Shown here one piece after another: positions 13,701-29,500 of a DNA stretch of 64,000 nucleotides. Made by a program: the position numbers and the translations under genes. This DNA is from Lytechinus pictus. Taxonomy: Eukaryota. Below the pieces are notes generated by a model. It had not been told where the DNA came from, did no database searches, and saw nothing but the letters and a program-made list of their open reading frames with translations. The stretch is from NCBI RefSeq assembly GCF_037042905.1, contig NC_087250.1, positions 7,070,001-7,134,000 on the forward strand, given 5' to 3'. Numbering within the stretch: the stretch's first letter is position 1; the number at the start of each line of letters is the position of its first letter.

Positions 13701-16700
13701 ATGACCATGATATGGTAATATGTCATCCTAAATGAACAATTGTCAACCATGTCAGGGAATATCGCCTGGGAGTCACACCAAAGACATCTCAAATTAGACC
13801 TTCAGTCTTCTTGTCAGGCACTCAACATTTTAGAATGAAGAAAGGAGGCGCAATAGCTCAGTGGGTAGAGCGGGGGTTTCAGATTCCGGTGACCCACTTG
13901 GTACGGAAGTGCCATTTGGTAAGGTATTTAAATCCTCATAACCAGGTCCCTCGAAGAGCCATTGGTCCTCTGGTTGCTTGCTTACAAGCAGTCATGCTTT
14001 CTTAGCAATCAGGTAAAAAAAATCACCACCAATACCATAATGAGATTATAGTTCACAAGGCACACTGGGAGGAGGGTTTACACAAAATCCAGTCATTACC
14101 CTAGCAAATCAGAATTATTGTATAAATATTATCATACATAGTTTTTCAGCTGGAACAAATAAAGGAACCCCCCTCCTCTTGGAGCATATTGACCTTACTC
14201 CTAGGCTCCACACTAACTTTTTTTCTTGGTGGCCCGAACAGTCTACCAAAATCATAAATTTCATATTTTTGGTGGCCCTAAAACAATAGAAAACATTACA
14301 ATTTATCACAACTTTGGTAGCCCAACCGGGCCACCAAGTGTTGGCTTCTACAAAATGTTGATGGCCCGACTCTCATTTTTGGTTGCCCCGGGCCACCAGG
14401 CCCCTGCTAGTGTCGAGCCCTGCCTCACCCACCTGGTCATCATAGATGCTATCATTATCGTCATCTCGGTCGCATTCGTCTCCGATCTGATCATTGTCGG
14501 CGTCCTCTTGTCCGCTGTTTGCCGCAACCTCACAGTTGTCTGCCTTGCATTCATTGCTAGAGCCATCGTTGCATTCCAGGGATGCTACCGGTCGGCCGTC
14601 CATGTCAATATCCAAGCCGCAGAATTCCCCGTTGCCAGCGTAGCCATCGTTGCACTGAAAAGAGAAATCAATGACACAAAAAATAGTAAAAATACTACTA
14701 ATAATAACAACAATAATAATATTCCACAGCAATGATTACATTGAAACAATGTCTCTTAGTGCATATTACAGGTTACCCCGGACATCGGATCCTGGCTTGC
14801 CCGCAAACAGTGCATGCACTTCCTCTACTCCCTGTGGAGCATTCCAACATGTGTTTCAAAATAGATTGCAAGGCATACAACTCATGCTTTAACATCCTAC
14901 TGGCTACCCATTTAACACCTGGGTGGAGAGTGGCAAAGTGTGGATTGATGACTTGCCAAATGATGCTAGGCCACAGTGGGGTTCAAACACACGACCCTCG
15001 TTACAATACAAGAGTCAGAACTGCTACACCACGGCACTGCCACAATGCATAATTACTCAGGTGATGGTAAGTTACTTCATAATTATGATTCATAATGAAT
15101 ACTGCCCAACTTTGGCAAAAGGAAGCAAGTGACAAATTAGTCAAATTTGAGATATTGTTGTTTCACTCTTTGTATGTTGCACGTTTAGGCAAAATTTGGG
15201 GAAGAAACCATCATTCTTTGGAAAGATATTGAAGAAAATATGCTGTACAATTGCATTGACGCCTATGTAAATGACGAACACACATTGCGCATTTACAACA
15301 AATGATACTTTTGTAACTTGCTTCCTTTTGCCAAAGTACGGCAGAATACTTTGTTGGGTTTGTTTTAATTGGTAGATTTATCCTGACTTATTTCCAGCTG
15401 ATTGTAATTATGATCTCAATATTTTATATATCATTTGAACTATTAAGTCAACTTTTTCTGTTTCTGGCATATATTGGATGCACTATTAGATTTATCCTTC
15501 ATGCTTTCAATTCATTTGCCAAAGAATAATCACAATAATAATAAAAATACTGACATCAGTAACAATAATAATGATAACAATAATGATAATCATAATATTT
15601 TTAGAATATAATAAAGATGTTGATAATACAAATATTAACAATAGTAATAATAATAATTACTGTTGGTGAACTGATTGAACAAAATATCCTTTCCAAGCAG
15701 ATCTGGATGTAGACATCTTTTCAAATCATATGGCGGAATTCGCGCAGAAAGTTTCAGGACAAAAACAGAGTTTTTCGCAATCACTACCCAGGGGAGCGTT
15801 TCATGAAGGGACTTTGTCCGACAAGTTCTCTTTTATCCGACAATTACCATAGTAACAGTACCTCTCAGCCAATCAGAATCAAGGAAAGATGTCAGATCTG
15901 ACAACTTGTCGGACAAAAATGTTGATGAAACGCTCCCCAGAAGCTTTCTGGAACATTGAGAATCTATTTTAAGCTCTGAAGTCATAACAAAGCAGCCTTT
16001 GTCGAATATAGGTGAATGAAAACAGCAGTGTAATCCTGAACTCTTGACAAACAACATAGTTGTCATTTTTCGTCACCTCTGAATCTTAGGACGATCTGCT
16101 GTCTCGGTTCACCAATATTCGACCTCTAATAAGGAGTTCATTAAGATTTGACAAGCATTTCAATAGATTCTCGACGTTCCAGAAAGTGTCTGCGTAGAGG
16201 TTTGTGAAAACTCACTATTATCTTCAAGATGATTTGGTGGCTATCTTTCAAAATCATATGACCAAGTTAGAGCAGAGCAAGGAAATTTGATTTCTCCTGG
16301 GTGCGCACTTAGTTGCTTGTAGCGTACACATGTGTGTGCTTTAATCACACAAAAGTGGGTGATGCACACTTGTTTCCCATCATTTCAGAGAATAATTGAG
16401 AATAGTGTAAAAACAATTTACCTCGCAAGTAAAAGTCCCCGCTCCTGTTGACGTGCATGTTGCGTTGTCATGGCAATTATCGAGATTCAGTGCGCAGTAG
16501 TCTCCTGGGGTACACCCGACTATAGTGTTACCAAGGTAGCCAGGAGGGCACGTACCACAGGAGTAGCTTCCCTGTAAAGATAGTCAGGAGATAACATCAG
16601 CTGAAACATTGGTTATGGAAACCAGTGGATGTAACTTCTGAAGGTTTCCATGAAAAAGAAGAAGGGTGTAGCTTTCAAGGTAAACCATGTATCTTTATTT

Positions 16701-16744
16701 GGCAGGTGTAGTTGAAACATAAGAAATAACTTTGAGGGATGATG

Positions 16745-16780
<36 letters not shown>

Positions 16781-19700
16781 GTAATAATAATAATAATGAT
16801 AATTATAGTAGTTATTTTACCTGCTTACATTTACTTTATCAGACGTCTCAAAGCACACTAAAGTAATACAACATTATTACTCTGGTTTTCAGCCCACTCC
16901 ACGCTTCGGAATAGGTTTAATATCTAAAAGATAAAAATGTGCAAATATTTTATTTTGAATGGGCACCCACAATTTGCAGTGATTTACCAAAGAGCTTAAA
17001 AAGCTAAGGCTTTTAGAAAGAGATCAGTGATGTATGTACAAATTTTGGCAAGAGAAGGGCCAAAGAATAGACCAAAGGATAATTAATCATATTTGGATTA
17101 AACCAATCAGAAAGAAGGATTCTTAACAAATTTAATATGACAATCTATATTTCTAAAGCACCTTTTCCGCGAGATTCAAAGTGCATTAAGATGCGATGCC
17201 CTGGTCAGCACAGGGATAAAATGTATACGTATGACCAGGCAGTGACAGTATTGTTCTCTGCTTGCATGCGGGACCAGGATATTAGAAATGTAACAAAGAA
17301 TAACTTACCACTGAATTAATGCATTCTACATCAGGGTCACACCCGCCATTGTCTACATCGCATTCATTGACGTCAGAACACACCTATAAGATCAAGAAAG
17401 AAAAATCAAGAAAACGCCATCTGATCAGATCAGGATGAATTAATGCTAAGAAAATCCTGGAAAGAAAATCATGAAGACACCACAATTAAGGTATGAGATA
17501 ATCACACTTCTTCAGACAGTTATTTTTTTCATTTTGGCTTTTGTGCTATTATCAAATTTACTGAGGTAATTGTATACAGTATCTCATTTCCACCCGGGGG
17601 GGCCACTTACATTGACGAGTGGATACCATGCGCGACCCCAAAAACATGTAAAAAGGATGTCTTTTTCAAGACAGGGCACGTTACATACGTAACGTGATAA
17701 GGGTGTCATAAACACAAACATAATGAAAAAAGGGTATCTATTTCGCTATGAAAGGTACGTGTTTAGGGTCAAATTTTCGGGGATGATAAAACAAAATTAA
17801 AATGTTTTATAAAGGATGTCCTTTTTTCCCCAACACTACATGTTTAGGGTGGAGCCGTAGGCCTACTTAAACCAAATGGTGCATGTGTAAAGGTAATTAA
17901 AACCGACGACCGACAGACCCATGACAAAACAATAAAATATCGCTGTACTTGCTTAGGGGTTCATTTCAGGGAATACTTGTCATCAGTATTGTTTTGCTTC
18001 CAATACTTGATAAGGGTAGGGTTTCAGACGCCAATACTTGTTAAGGGGTGCATTTTCAGAATATGAAAAATACGTGTTTAGGGTGCTTTTCGAGACCCCA
18101 TGGTCGCGCATGGTATCCACTTGTCAATGGAAGTGGCCCCCCCCGGTCATTTCCAATATGTTTTGGATGCACATCAGGCTTATTATAAGTGTACATTTTC
18201 TACATTTTTTTTGTATTTTCCTCGTGATCGGGGATTTATTAATGAAAAAAACTCAAATCATTCAGCGATACAAAATATACAAATCAAAGCAGCATCCTCG
18301 ACGGATCATAATAGCTTATACAATGTTATATCAGATGACTGATTGTTTACATTCAGTAATAAGTTCTCTTGACAATCCATGTATTATATAAAAATACTTC
18401 AAATGTAGTAAAATAGTCTTCTTGGTAGCATATTGTCTACTTTTTGCATCTTTTCATTAAATAAAATTTTTCCTGTTATCTCTCTTTTAAACACATATAA
18501 GACCACTTTCTCTTCTATTATATTATTGAATTTCTTTCCAGAATAAATTTATAAACACACCATAGCGCTACTACTAAAACGATGTATAAATCCTCATGTT
18601 CTAGAATGAATAAACAACTTATGTCGATTTCTATTTCCTAACATTTTTTTTATATAATCTATATTCATGTACAGAAGCATACAAAATTCTAGTACACTTC
18701 AGGTTCAGTATAATACATTAAGTTCAGGATAATTACTTTCACCCTAATTATCTTTTTCTTAATGCACTAACATGTAATGAATTTTAAAATGAATAGTCAT
18801 GCAGTCATTCTTCATTAGAAAACAAACTACAAGATTATCTCTTTGAAGATACCATACCTGTGGATTGGCGTTAGCATAAGCTAGTCCGATACCATGAGGT
18901 GTATCTCCCTCGTAACCTAGAGGGCAGGCTCCGCATTCAAATCCGGGTTCAAAGTTCACGCAGGCGCTGGTGTTAAAACATGGATTCGCTTCTACACACT
19001 GGGAAAGAGAATAGAAATAAAACAAACAAGTTTTGGGCATGAATATCATAAAAACCTTACTTGATTTTCTTACTTACAAGATAACTGGATGTATCTGCCT
19101 GAGTCCCTTCTATAGGGTTCCCAGCTTTTCAAGAAAACAAAATTCCCTGATTTTTCCCTATGGAGAGATTTTTCCCTGATGAAGTTTGAAAATTCCCTGA
19201 TTCCCAGTTTCGCATGTTTATCAAGTTGTTGCAGTGAATTACATGTATTTTCAGTATAAAAACAATAATGTAAAACTTATTAGTAAACACTACAAAACCA
19301 CCATAATCAGTCATTCAATGGATGTTGTTTTGATATGCAACAAAATATAATAGAGTCTGACTATCGTGCTTTAGACTTTTGGGCCGATCAAAATTCCCTG
19401 ATTTTTTTTTCCTCATTTGAGGCATTTTCCCCTGATTTAAGGGGGGTTTTTTAATCAAATTCCCGGATTTTTCAGACTGGAAAAAAGTAAATAATTTCCC
19501 CTAATTTCCCTGATGGGTTGGAACCCTGCTTCTTTCCGACCCTTGCCTTGAGTTGCACCATGATTCAGCACTGTGACAAATTGAGGAATAGAAATGGTGC
19601 CCACCTTGTGCATAGGTTCTTGGTAGAAACTGCATATGTGTCACCAGGAGATGGCGCTATTGGGCAAGAATTTGTATTCTATTTTTCGCCAGCGCAAGTT

Positions 19701-22700
19701 ACTAAAGTTAACCAGCATTTCATGAAGGCAGATGCATCTAATTATCATTGACCCTGATGCCAAAATTTTGTCTAATCATTTTGTTGTCTAATTCCCTCCC
19801 CTTCAACTACTTTTTCCCATTTCCCAAAACGCTGTCCTTGCCCTCTACCCCTTTGTATCAATATCTGTCCTCTCCTCTCCACTCAATTTATATATTTTCT
19901 CTTTATCCAAAATATTTTAAGTCTCTATTTGGACAAGGACTGATGCATAAATCTAAAGCATCTGTACATCTGTAGGCCTATATATCTTTTGGCATTGATA
20001 CATGTCACACCTTTCATCAATATCTAAAAACATTGGTTTCCTCCCTCTCTGACCACACTATCTAACTACCCCATTCCTATCCTTCCATAACATACCCCTT
20101 TCCTCCCTTTCTTTTCTTTCTAACCACACCTCTTTGCTCCCTTTCAAAGCACACCCATTCCCCCATTTCAAAGTAGCCCCCTCTATTTATAACCATACCC
20201 TATTCTCCATTTTTAACCACACTCCTTTCCTCTCTTTCTAACCATAACCTTCACTACCATTCTGACCACATGCCTTCCCTCTCTTTTTGACAAACCCCTT
20301 CACTCTCTTTCAAACCATATCTCTCTCTCCCCTTTCTTACCACACCACTTCCATCCCTTTTTAACCACATCCTTACCTCCCATTCTTACCACTCCCCTTC
20401 CATCCTTTTTACCACACCCCTTAAATCCCTTTCAAGCCACACTAAATCCCTCCCTTTCTAACCACACCCCTTACCTCCATTTCTAAGTTCACGCCTTCTA
20501 TCCCTTTCAAACCACACCCCTTACCTCCCTTTCAAACCACACCACATCCCTACCTTTCAAACCACACCCCTTACATCCCTTTCAAACCACACCCCTTAAC
20601 TCCCTTTCAAACCACATCACATCCCTACCTTTCAAACCACACCCCTTACCTCCCTTTCAAACCACACCCCTTACCTCCCTTTCAAACCACACCACATCCC
20701 TCCCTTCTAACCACAACCATTCTCACGCATACTACACACCTTTCCTTCATTTTTAATTGCATTATCCCTCCTCTTCTTACCAAACCTCTTTATACTCCCT
20801 TTCCAACAAAATCCTCCCTTCCTTTCTAACTACACCTTTTGTTCCCTATCAAACCACACCATTCCTTCCCTTCCTTCCTAACCAAATCTATTCCCTCCCT
20901 TTCTAACCAGAATCCTTCCTTCTCCCCTAAATATTCTAGCTCCTTTCCTAACAACAAACCTTCCCCCTAACTACACTCCCTCCCACCCTAACGACGCCCC
21001 TCCCTTGTGACTCATTTAATTACTAATTTTTGTTATTATTTCATGGGCATCCAAACAATTGTCACCAGTGCTAGTAATATCCCTTAGGGAAATAAAGACA
21101 GTGGTATATCCCATCTCTGCAGGTATACACACAAAGCACACCCTCCCTCCTTCTCTAACTGCCCCCCCCTCCTCTCTAGTAAACCCATGTCTTACCTCAT
21201 TTATATCCACACAATTATCACCAGTACCGGTATATCCCTTTGGGCAATCAAGACAACGGAATGTCCCATCTCCACCGGTATTCACACACACCACACCCTC
21301 AGTGCACGGTCCTGTACTGGAAAAGCATGGACCTAGATCCAAAAAGAGAATATCAATCATTCCAATTTTCTTTAAAAACAAATAACATACAAGTTAAATA
21401 GGAAGAATCAAATTACACTTCATACAAGTAAAGGAAATACATAAACAAGATGAGAATCAGCATAAGTGGGGGGAGGAGGCAGCATAAGGCAATGGCCTTT
21501 CAAAGACTAGGCTCCAAGGATCATTACATAACAAGAATAATTATTGTAGGAGAGAGACTGAAGGTGGTAAAAAACAGTTTTGGTGGGTCAGTTAGCTCAG
21601 TCGGTAAAGTGTCTGCCTGTCAAACCAAAAGATCGTAGGTTCAAGTCCGACCCAAGCGGATGACTGAAGCCAGTGCATTGTGTGTAAAGGTCTCTCCCCT
21701 GTTCCATAGATGAAGGCCATGTTACAGTGGAAAACACTCCATCCCTCGGATAGGACATTAAATGGAGGCCCCATGTCGAGGAGAGTCACCACCTTTGCAC
21801 GTTAGGAACCCACAGCACTATTTGTATAAGAATACGGGAAAAACCCTGTGTAGTGGTCCACCTGCACTCCCCCCAATCAGTTATATCTGGAGACCTGTGG
21901 GTCAGTAATTCAGTTCCCTTTTTGCCTCCTAGGCACAGGTGACGCCAAACAAATAATAATATTAATGATAATACTTATAATATATGTGAAACAACATATC
22001 CAGTACTCCTGTGACATTTGCCCCTGGGGAACGTTACATGAAAGGACTTGTCAAACATTTTATCTGACAAGTACTGTTTCATCCAACAGTTACTATGGTA
22101 ACTCTCCGCCAATCATAATCAAGGAAAGTTGTCAGATCTAATACATGTTGGATGGAAATTTTAATGAAACCCTCCCCTGGTTTGAATATCTCAGAGGGCA
22201 CGTGGTTTGAGTTAGGATTATAATGGGAGTTATTGGTTCAAAATAATGTAAAGATTAGGATTTGGGTTTATTTACTTGGGGGTTAGGTTTCATGTTTTGC
22301 TTAAAGGGATCATTTAACTTTGTGAGCAGTTGATTTAAAAAATTCTCAAACTGAGACGAAACATGTGTATGAGTGCCTGTATTTGTCCTCAAAAACCCTG
22401 AAACAGACTTCAATATAGGATGAAAAACTGTAATTTAGATACAAGTAGCAATTTATTAGCTTGATTTTGAGAACCGTCTAGTAGACAGGCTCAGCTTGTT
22501 ACCAGTTTTCTCCAATTCAAAAAGCCCGTTGGCTATGTTGACTGCCTTCTGCTGTGTGTATCTCCTATACACACGCTATTAGCTGCACTGTACATTCAGT
22601 GTATACCTTGTACACACTGTATGTAGGTCATGTTGTGTTCATATAGAGTTAATGTGTTGTGTTGCACAGATTCGCTCTATACACATAGTCATTGAAACCA

Positions 22701-24562
22701 ACTCCCAATTATTTTCAAACTTTGGTTTACATCTCCAATGTTTTAAATTGATCCTGTAGATATAATACTTTGAAACTTTTGAGATGGTATTTTTACACTA
22801 TAAGCCTAATGTTTAGCCCATTTTCAAGAACCAAAATGAGAATTTTTTAAATCAGAACAAAGTGAAATGATCACTTTAACATGCAGATTTTCCATCGAAT
22901 TGTCGCCAGAGCAAATGTCATGGAACTGATAAGACATATTCCTCATAATATTTCAGAGTTTATGGGCATAAATAAGATATTTCAAAACTTTTTTACAATC
23001 ATTATTATTTACATCAATCATAATTCACAACTGTATTGACATTAATATCATAATTGCTAATAACATTTTCAATACTTTTATTATTATTATTATTATATTT
23101 TTACTTATATTTTCAAATATCATATAACTTAGGTATTAGGTTTGTGTATCATTTTGAAAATGCTAAGATATTCTGTACGAAGTCTTTATATGTAAGTTGC
23201 ATGTTTGTAGAAATGATCAAATTTCAGCCTTTGGCTGTGATTATCTTTTCATAAACCATTTTATCTATCAATCAATCTATCTAGTTAGCTACATGTAGTT
23301 AGCTATTTATCTACCTATCTATCTATCAACCCATCCAACCTCCCATCTACCTTCATATCTATCTGTCTAAATCAAAATCTATCTAGTTAGCTATCTATCT
23401 ACCTATCTATCTACCTATCTATCTAGTTAGCTATCTACCCGTCTATCTGTCTACATCTAAATCTATCTACCTATCTATCTATCGATCTATCTATCTAGCT
23501 AGTTAGCTATCTACCTACCTCTATCTATCTAGCAAGCTAGCTAGTTAGCTATCTATCTACCTATCTATCTAGCTAGTTAACTATCTACCCATCTATCTAT
23601 CTAGCTATCTATCTATCAATCCATCCAACCTCCCATCTACCTTCATATCTATCTGTCTAAATCAAAATCTAGCTAGTTAGCTAGCTAGTTAGCTATCTAT
23701 CTACCTATCTATCTATCTATCTTTCTATCTATCTACCTCTACCTATCTATCTAGCTAGCTAGCTAGTTAGCTATCTATCTACCTATCTATCTATCTAGCT
23801 AGTTAGCTATCTACCCATCTATCTATCTATCTATATATCTATGTCGCTAGTTAGATATCTATCTACCTATTTATCTATCTTTCTATCTATCTACCTCTAT
23901 CTATCTATCTAGCTAGCTAGCTAGTTAGCTATCTATGTACCTATCTGTCTATCTAGCTAGCTAGCTATCTACCCATCTATCTGTCTAGCTAGCTAGTTAG
24001 CTATCTATCTACCTATTGATCTACCTCTATCTATCTTGCTAGCTAGCTAGTTAGCTAGTTACCCTACCTATCTACCTATCTATCTAGCTAGTTAGCTATC
24101 TACCCGTCTATCTATCTATCTGTCTATCTAGCTAGCTAGCTAGCTATCTACCTATCTATCTATCCATCCAACCTCCCATCTACCTTTATATCTATCTGTC
24201 TACATCAAAATCTATCTATCTACCTCTATCTATCTCAGCTAGCTAGCTAGTTAGTTATCTATTTACCTATCTATCTAGCTTGTTAGCTATCTACCCATCT
24301 ATCTATCTAGCTAGCTAGTTAGCTATCTATCTAGCTAGCTAGCTAGTTAGCTATCTATCCATCTATCTAGCTAGCTATCTATCTATCTATATATCTATGT
24401 AGCTAGTTAGCTATCTACCCATCTGTCTATCTAGCTAGCTAGCTATCTACCCATCTATCTGTCTAGCTAGTTAGCTATCTATCTACATATCGATCTACCT
24501 CTATCTATCTTGCTAGCTGGTGAGCTACCTATCTACATATCTAGCTAGTTAGCTTTCTTCCC

Positions 24563-24594
<32 letters not shown>

Positions 24595-26272
24595 GTCTAT
24601 CTATCTAGCTAGTTAGCTATCTATCTACCTACCTATCTATCCATCCAACCTCCCATCTACCTTCATATCTATCTGTCTACATCTAATCTATCTATCTACC
24701 TCTATCTATCAATCTATCTATCTAGCTAGTTAGCTATCTACCTATCTATCTATCGAACTACCTCTATCTATCTAGCTAGCTAGTTAGCTACCTATCTACC
24801 TATAAATCTATCGATCTTTCTAGCTAGTTAGCTATCTACCCATCTATCTATCTATCGATATATCTGTCTATCTATCAATCTAGCTATTAGCTATCTACCT
24901 TTCTATCTATCTATCTATCTATCTACCTCTATCTATCTATCTAGCTAGCTAGCTAGTTAGCTATATATCTACTTATCTATCTATATATCCATCTATCTAT
25001 CTATCTACCTACCCATCCATCCATCCATCCATCTATCTATCTATCTATCAAGTTATCTATATCAATCATCAGTATTGCAATGACACCAAAAACATTAGTT
25101 ATACTTGGAACACTGCTTGGCGGTTCTGAGGACTATACTCACAGTCAGTCTCCGACAGACACGTCTTGCAGAGGTCGCAGCTTCCTTCTGAGTATTCGCT
25201 AATCTGGCAGGGGGCGCACTCCGTCTTGCCCTCGGTGCTACTGAACCCACTATCACAGCATGTGCATTCAGACTGCTCGGTCTGGTTGTTGTATGAGCCC
25301 GGGGCACACGCTTTGCAGAACTCTGCATATTACACAAATAAATCACACAATAATTACTTTCTTGAACAAGAAAAACGTTCTTTATTATACAATCACAGAA
25401 ATGGCTGTTAAATTAACCAGGTAAATTGTGTAATAAAGAACGTACGTAACCTCATGTCTTTACACCAAGATGAACCGCTTCATTAATAAGTTCTTAAACA
25501 TAAATATTTTTACTAACAAAACCTAATTTCATAATTTTCTCATGTCTACACACCAATCAGATGAACCATTTTAGTGATACTTTCTTAAACTTATATATTT
25601 TCACTAACAGAATCTAATTTCATAATGTTCTCTCTTCTCATACGTAGATATTTCCCTTTTTGTCCTTATCCAACACCCATCTCTCTCTCTCTCTCTCCCA
25701 CTCTCTCTCCCACTTTCTCTTGCTTCAGTTTAACGGCTGGCATTCTTAGACTTAAATGCCCAGGCGCTCCTGGAATTTTGTGTTTTCTTTTCATATTTGT
25801 TGAATTTTTAAAGTTTATTGTAAGATTATATGCTGTTTTAAGAGCACTTAGGTGGGTTTGAGTACTAATGGTCCCCAAGTTATATCTGAATCACACTTAC
25901 AGATGTTTGAAGATGCCTCATTGATCAACAAATTACATTTAAAATTCACTTTTGTTCAATTTTTCTTGGTAAATTCATGTTTATTGTTGAACTCTGCTTT
26001 TGATGTAAACTGGATTTTTCAGTCTTCATACTGTTATTCTCTTTTTATTTCTTGTCCAATAAATACCTCGCTCCCACTTTTTACTACTACTACTACTACT
26101 ACTAGAACTGTTGCTGCCACTACTACTGCTACAGCTACGACTACTACTGCTACAGCTACGACTACTACTGCTGCTACTATTACTGCTTCTTCTACTACTA
26201 CTACTACTACTACTACCATAACTACTACTACTATTAATACAACTGCTACTACTACTACTACTACTCCTCGTA

Positions 26273-26304
<32 letters not shown>

Positions 26305-26359
26305 CCTCCTACTACTATTACTACTACTACTACTACTACTACGTCTACTATTACTACTT

Positions 26360-26427
<68 letters not shown>

Positions 26428-26488
26428 GCTGCTACTACTAATACATGTATTGCTTCTACTACCACTTCTTCTACTACTTATACTACTA

Positions 26489-26533
<45 letters not shown>

Positions 26534-26535
26534 TG

Positions 26536-26567
<32 letters not shown>

Positions 26568-29500
26568 GCAATTACTACTCTCCCTCATTCCCACTCTTTT
26601 TTTTATTTCCCTAACTCACAATTTTCTATTTTTCAGGCATAATTATATTCACCTGTATCATAACCCAATGAGAATGTTCCAGTTCCACATATTGACTTAA
26701 TCCCATCGAAGCATGCTGATCCAGACTCACAGGTTGTACATTCACTGGGGCAATACTACAAAAAAGGTAGGGGAGAAAACACACAAATATAAGTATTATT
26801 TCTAACCTCTCAATACTAATGTTCAGGAATAAAACTTTGGGGGGTTTTATTGATTGATTGATTCAAACAGTGTATTACAGAATACAGTACAATATATGCA
26901 TATGAATATTCCAATGCATAAATGAAATATAGACTACACGAAACAATAAACCAAAATCTAAACAATACTTAAATCAGACAAGAAGAGAAACAGTATATGT
27001 AAATGTGGGGGTCATTTAAAAAGTTAAAAACTTATAACATCATCCCAATTTTGTCAATAAAAGTTTGAGTTTTGCAGAGAAAGACTAGGGGGGAAATGTA
27101 ATTAAGGTAATTAGTCTAAGGAATTTCACAGGACAATGCGGAGAAAATTAAAATGAGTCATATTTCATGTAATGAAATACAAAAGAAATAGTGAGTGAAT
27201 GATGTCATCATTACCCTCATTTGCATACAACCAGGATGTCAGGATGTGCATTAAAGTGATTGGTTAACATTGGTTTGACTTTTAAAAAATCTGAGCTAGA
27301 AGGTCACACTTGTCACCTGTGTCTGTGATATGTTACAAAAATGAAGCCCAGAAAAAATTGCGTTCAAAAATAATTATTTAGTGCTTCAAATATTGAAATA
27401 TAAAGTGACCGAAAACACCATCTTAATTTCATCCCATACACTTACGTGTACTATTTAGGCGTCTATAAGACGCCTATTTACAAAATCGGGGTTTGCCTTG
27501 TAGTTTTAGCTTTTCATTCTCAATAATGGTTGTTTTCAGGGTTTATTAGTTCTAATACATGCACTTGTACACATGTTTCATCTTGGTTTGAGAATTTTTT
27601 TAATCAGCTGCTCACAAAGTTAAACAATAATAATAATAATAATAATAGCGGTATATCTACCCAGGGTAGTCGCTTCAGTTCCGAAAACTGTTCTCCCAGC
27701 GGGCCCTGCTATTATTACCCCGGCTTAAACAATACCTTTAAACTGTTTTTTTTACTAAACAAAACTTTAAAAATGTCCAACTTTCTCATTTACATCTGAT
27801 TTTGATGAAATTTTCAGCATTAGACTCATATGATTTGTCTCTATTGAGTCAAATCAATATTTTTCTTGGGTGGACTTGACCTTTAACAAACAAACTAATT
27901 TGTGCCCCTATGTCATCACTGTTAAATAAAATGTACTCACCGTTGTATTACATGTTGCATATCTATAAGTTGGACAATGGGTTGCATAGCCGTCTTCACA
28001 GAGCTGTCAAAATAAAAAATATATATATATTTTTATAGGTAAATGTGATTGCGATTGCCTTCTGTTTTTTTCACAATATACATTGAGTAAAAAATAATTG
28101 CTAACATTCTATATTGGCTATTGAAATATGTATTAAACACATCTTCTGTCTTTGAAATCTAGAATACAGTTTTGGTGTTTTTAATCAGATTATTCTGCTA
28201 CAGTTTCCCATTAGACGTACAAAAATTATCAAGAAAAATGTGAAACTCATACTAAACGAGACCAAGGGATAATCAATAGTCATACACATTTCTTAAAATT
28301 CTGAATAGATGAATGATTTATGATTGATCTAATAGAGTTACAATTAATCAAATTAATCTAAAGAGAAATTCCAGTAGTTGCAGTAAACACTGATTTCATG
28401 AGAAAGTCTGTAAAACCAGGCTTAATTGTCAGTATATCATCGAGGATCTAGATCTGGTACAGTTACATAAACTGAACTTTGTGAAATCTTGAAATCTACG
28501 CTGAAAAATTTTCAGACTGAACTTCCCCAACACAGATAAGCGCACGTGGGACTGTGTATAATTATTGCTTTCAGCGTCGGGCCCGACGCTCTACCCGAAT
28601 CCTGTGCTTATTTGCTGATTTCTCAGCAATTACACAATTTCTTCCAGAATCCTTTGGCACATGCGTTTTATTTATACAAACAGACACTTTGGTGGTCATT
28701 TCATTGGATTCTGTACGAACTCATTTTGATATCGTTACCAAAACTAGAATTTACCTTTAATCTAAACTAAGGAGAACAAGCAATGCCAGCATTTAGAATG
28801 CATTATATCAGTTCACTTTGATTTGTAACGACGATATACAGTGGTGCTCAAAAGATAGTGAACCCCACCTGAATATGAACATATTTCAAGTGTTCTGCCA
28901 TGTCATATTTATTTCATTGTGAAGATAGGTGATAAAACATAATGTTCATTAGAGTTTGTTTCTCTGGGCATGCAGAACATTGTAGAGTTACTGTCTGCAT
29001 TCAACACCCGGCTTGAATTATTTTATGGTGGGGTTCACTCACTTCCGAGCACAACTGTATACTCGAGTGTGCATCATAATTCTTGACAAATCTGTGTTCT
29101 CCTGTGTCCAAAAAGGCTCTTGCATTTATAACGAAAGACACTGGTGAATTTCCATAGTTACAATTGATTGGATCTATCACAATCCTTTGTGAACCTCACC
29201 CATCCTACAGGACATGTAGTGCACTCTGAAGCATGACCGAAGGAATGTTCAGTGGGAGATCGATCGCAATCATCAGAAGGAGGATCACACCGACCACAAG
29301 GACGCTGGAGACCGTCTCCTATACAATAATTGGTCGTCTCACATCGCTCACATTGAGATAAATCTACAAGCATGAAAAACAACAGTAATAATTATAATAC
29401 CTTGAATTATATAGCACTTTTTGCCTGAGGATATTAAGTGCTATTATTTACCCCCGGCTTTAGCTCCAGATACCAATTTTTCAACGGCACTCAGTGCATT

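Noticed and set aside
12770..14735. Plus-strand ORFs (12770-13060, 14226-14735; also 5185-5400 and 21059-21385)
   Set aside because: Antisense shadows of Asp/Gly-rich TSP3 and EGF exons.
25852..26700. 282-aa Thr-rich mucin-like ORF and its antisense poly-Val ORF
   Set aside because: Artefact of the (ACT)n microsatellite in an intron.
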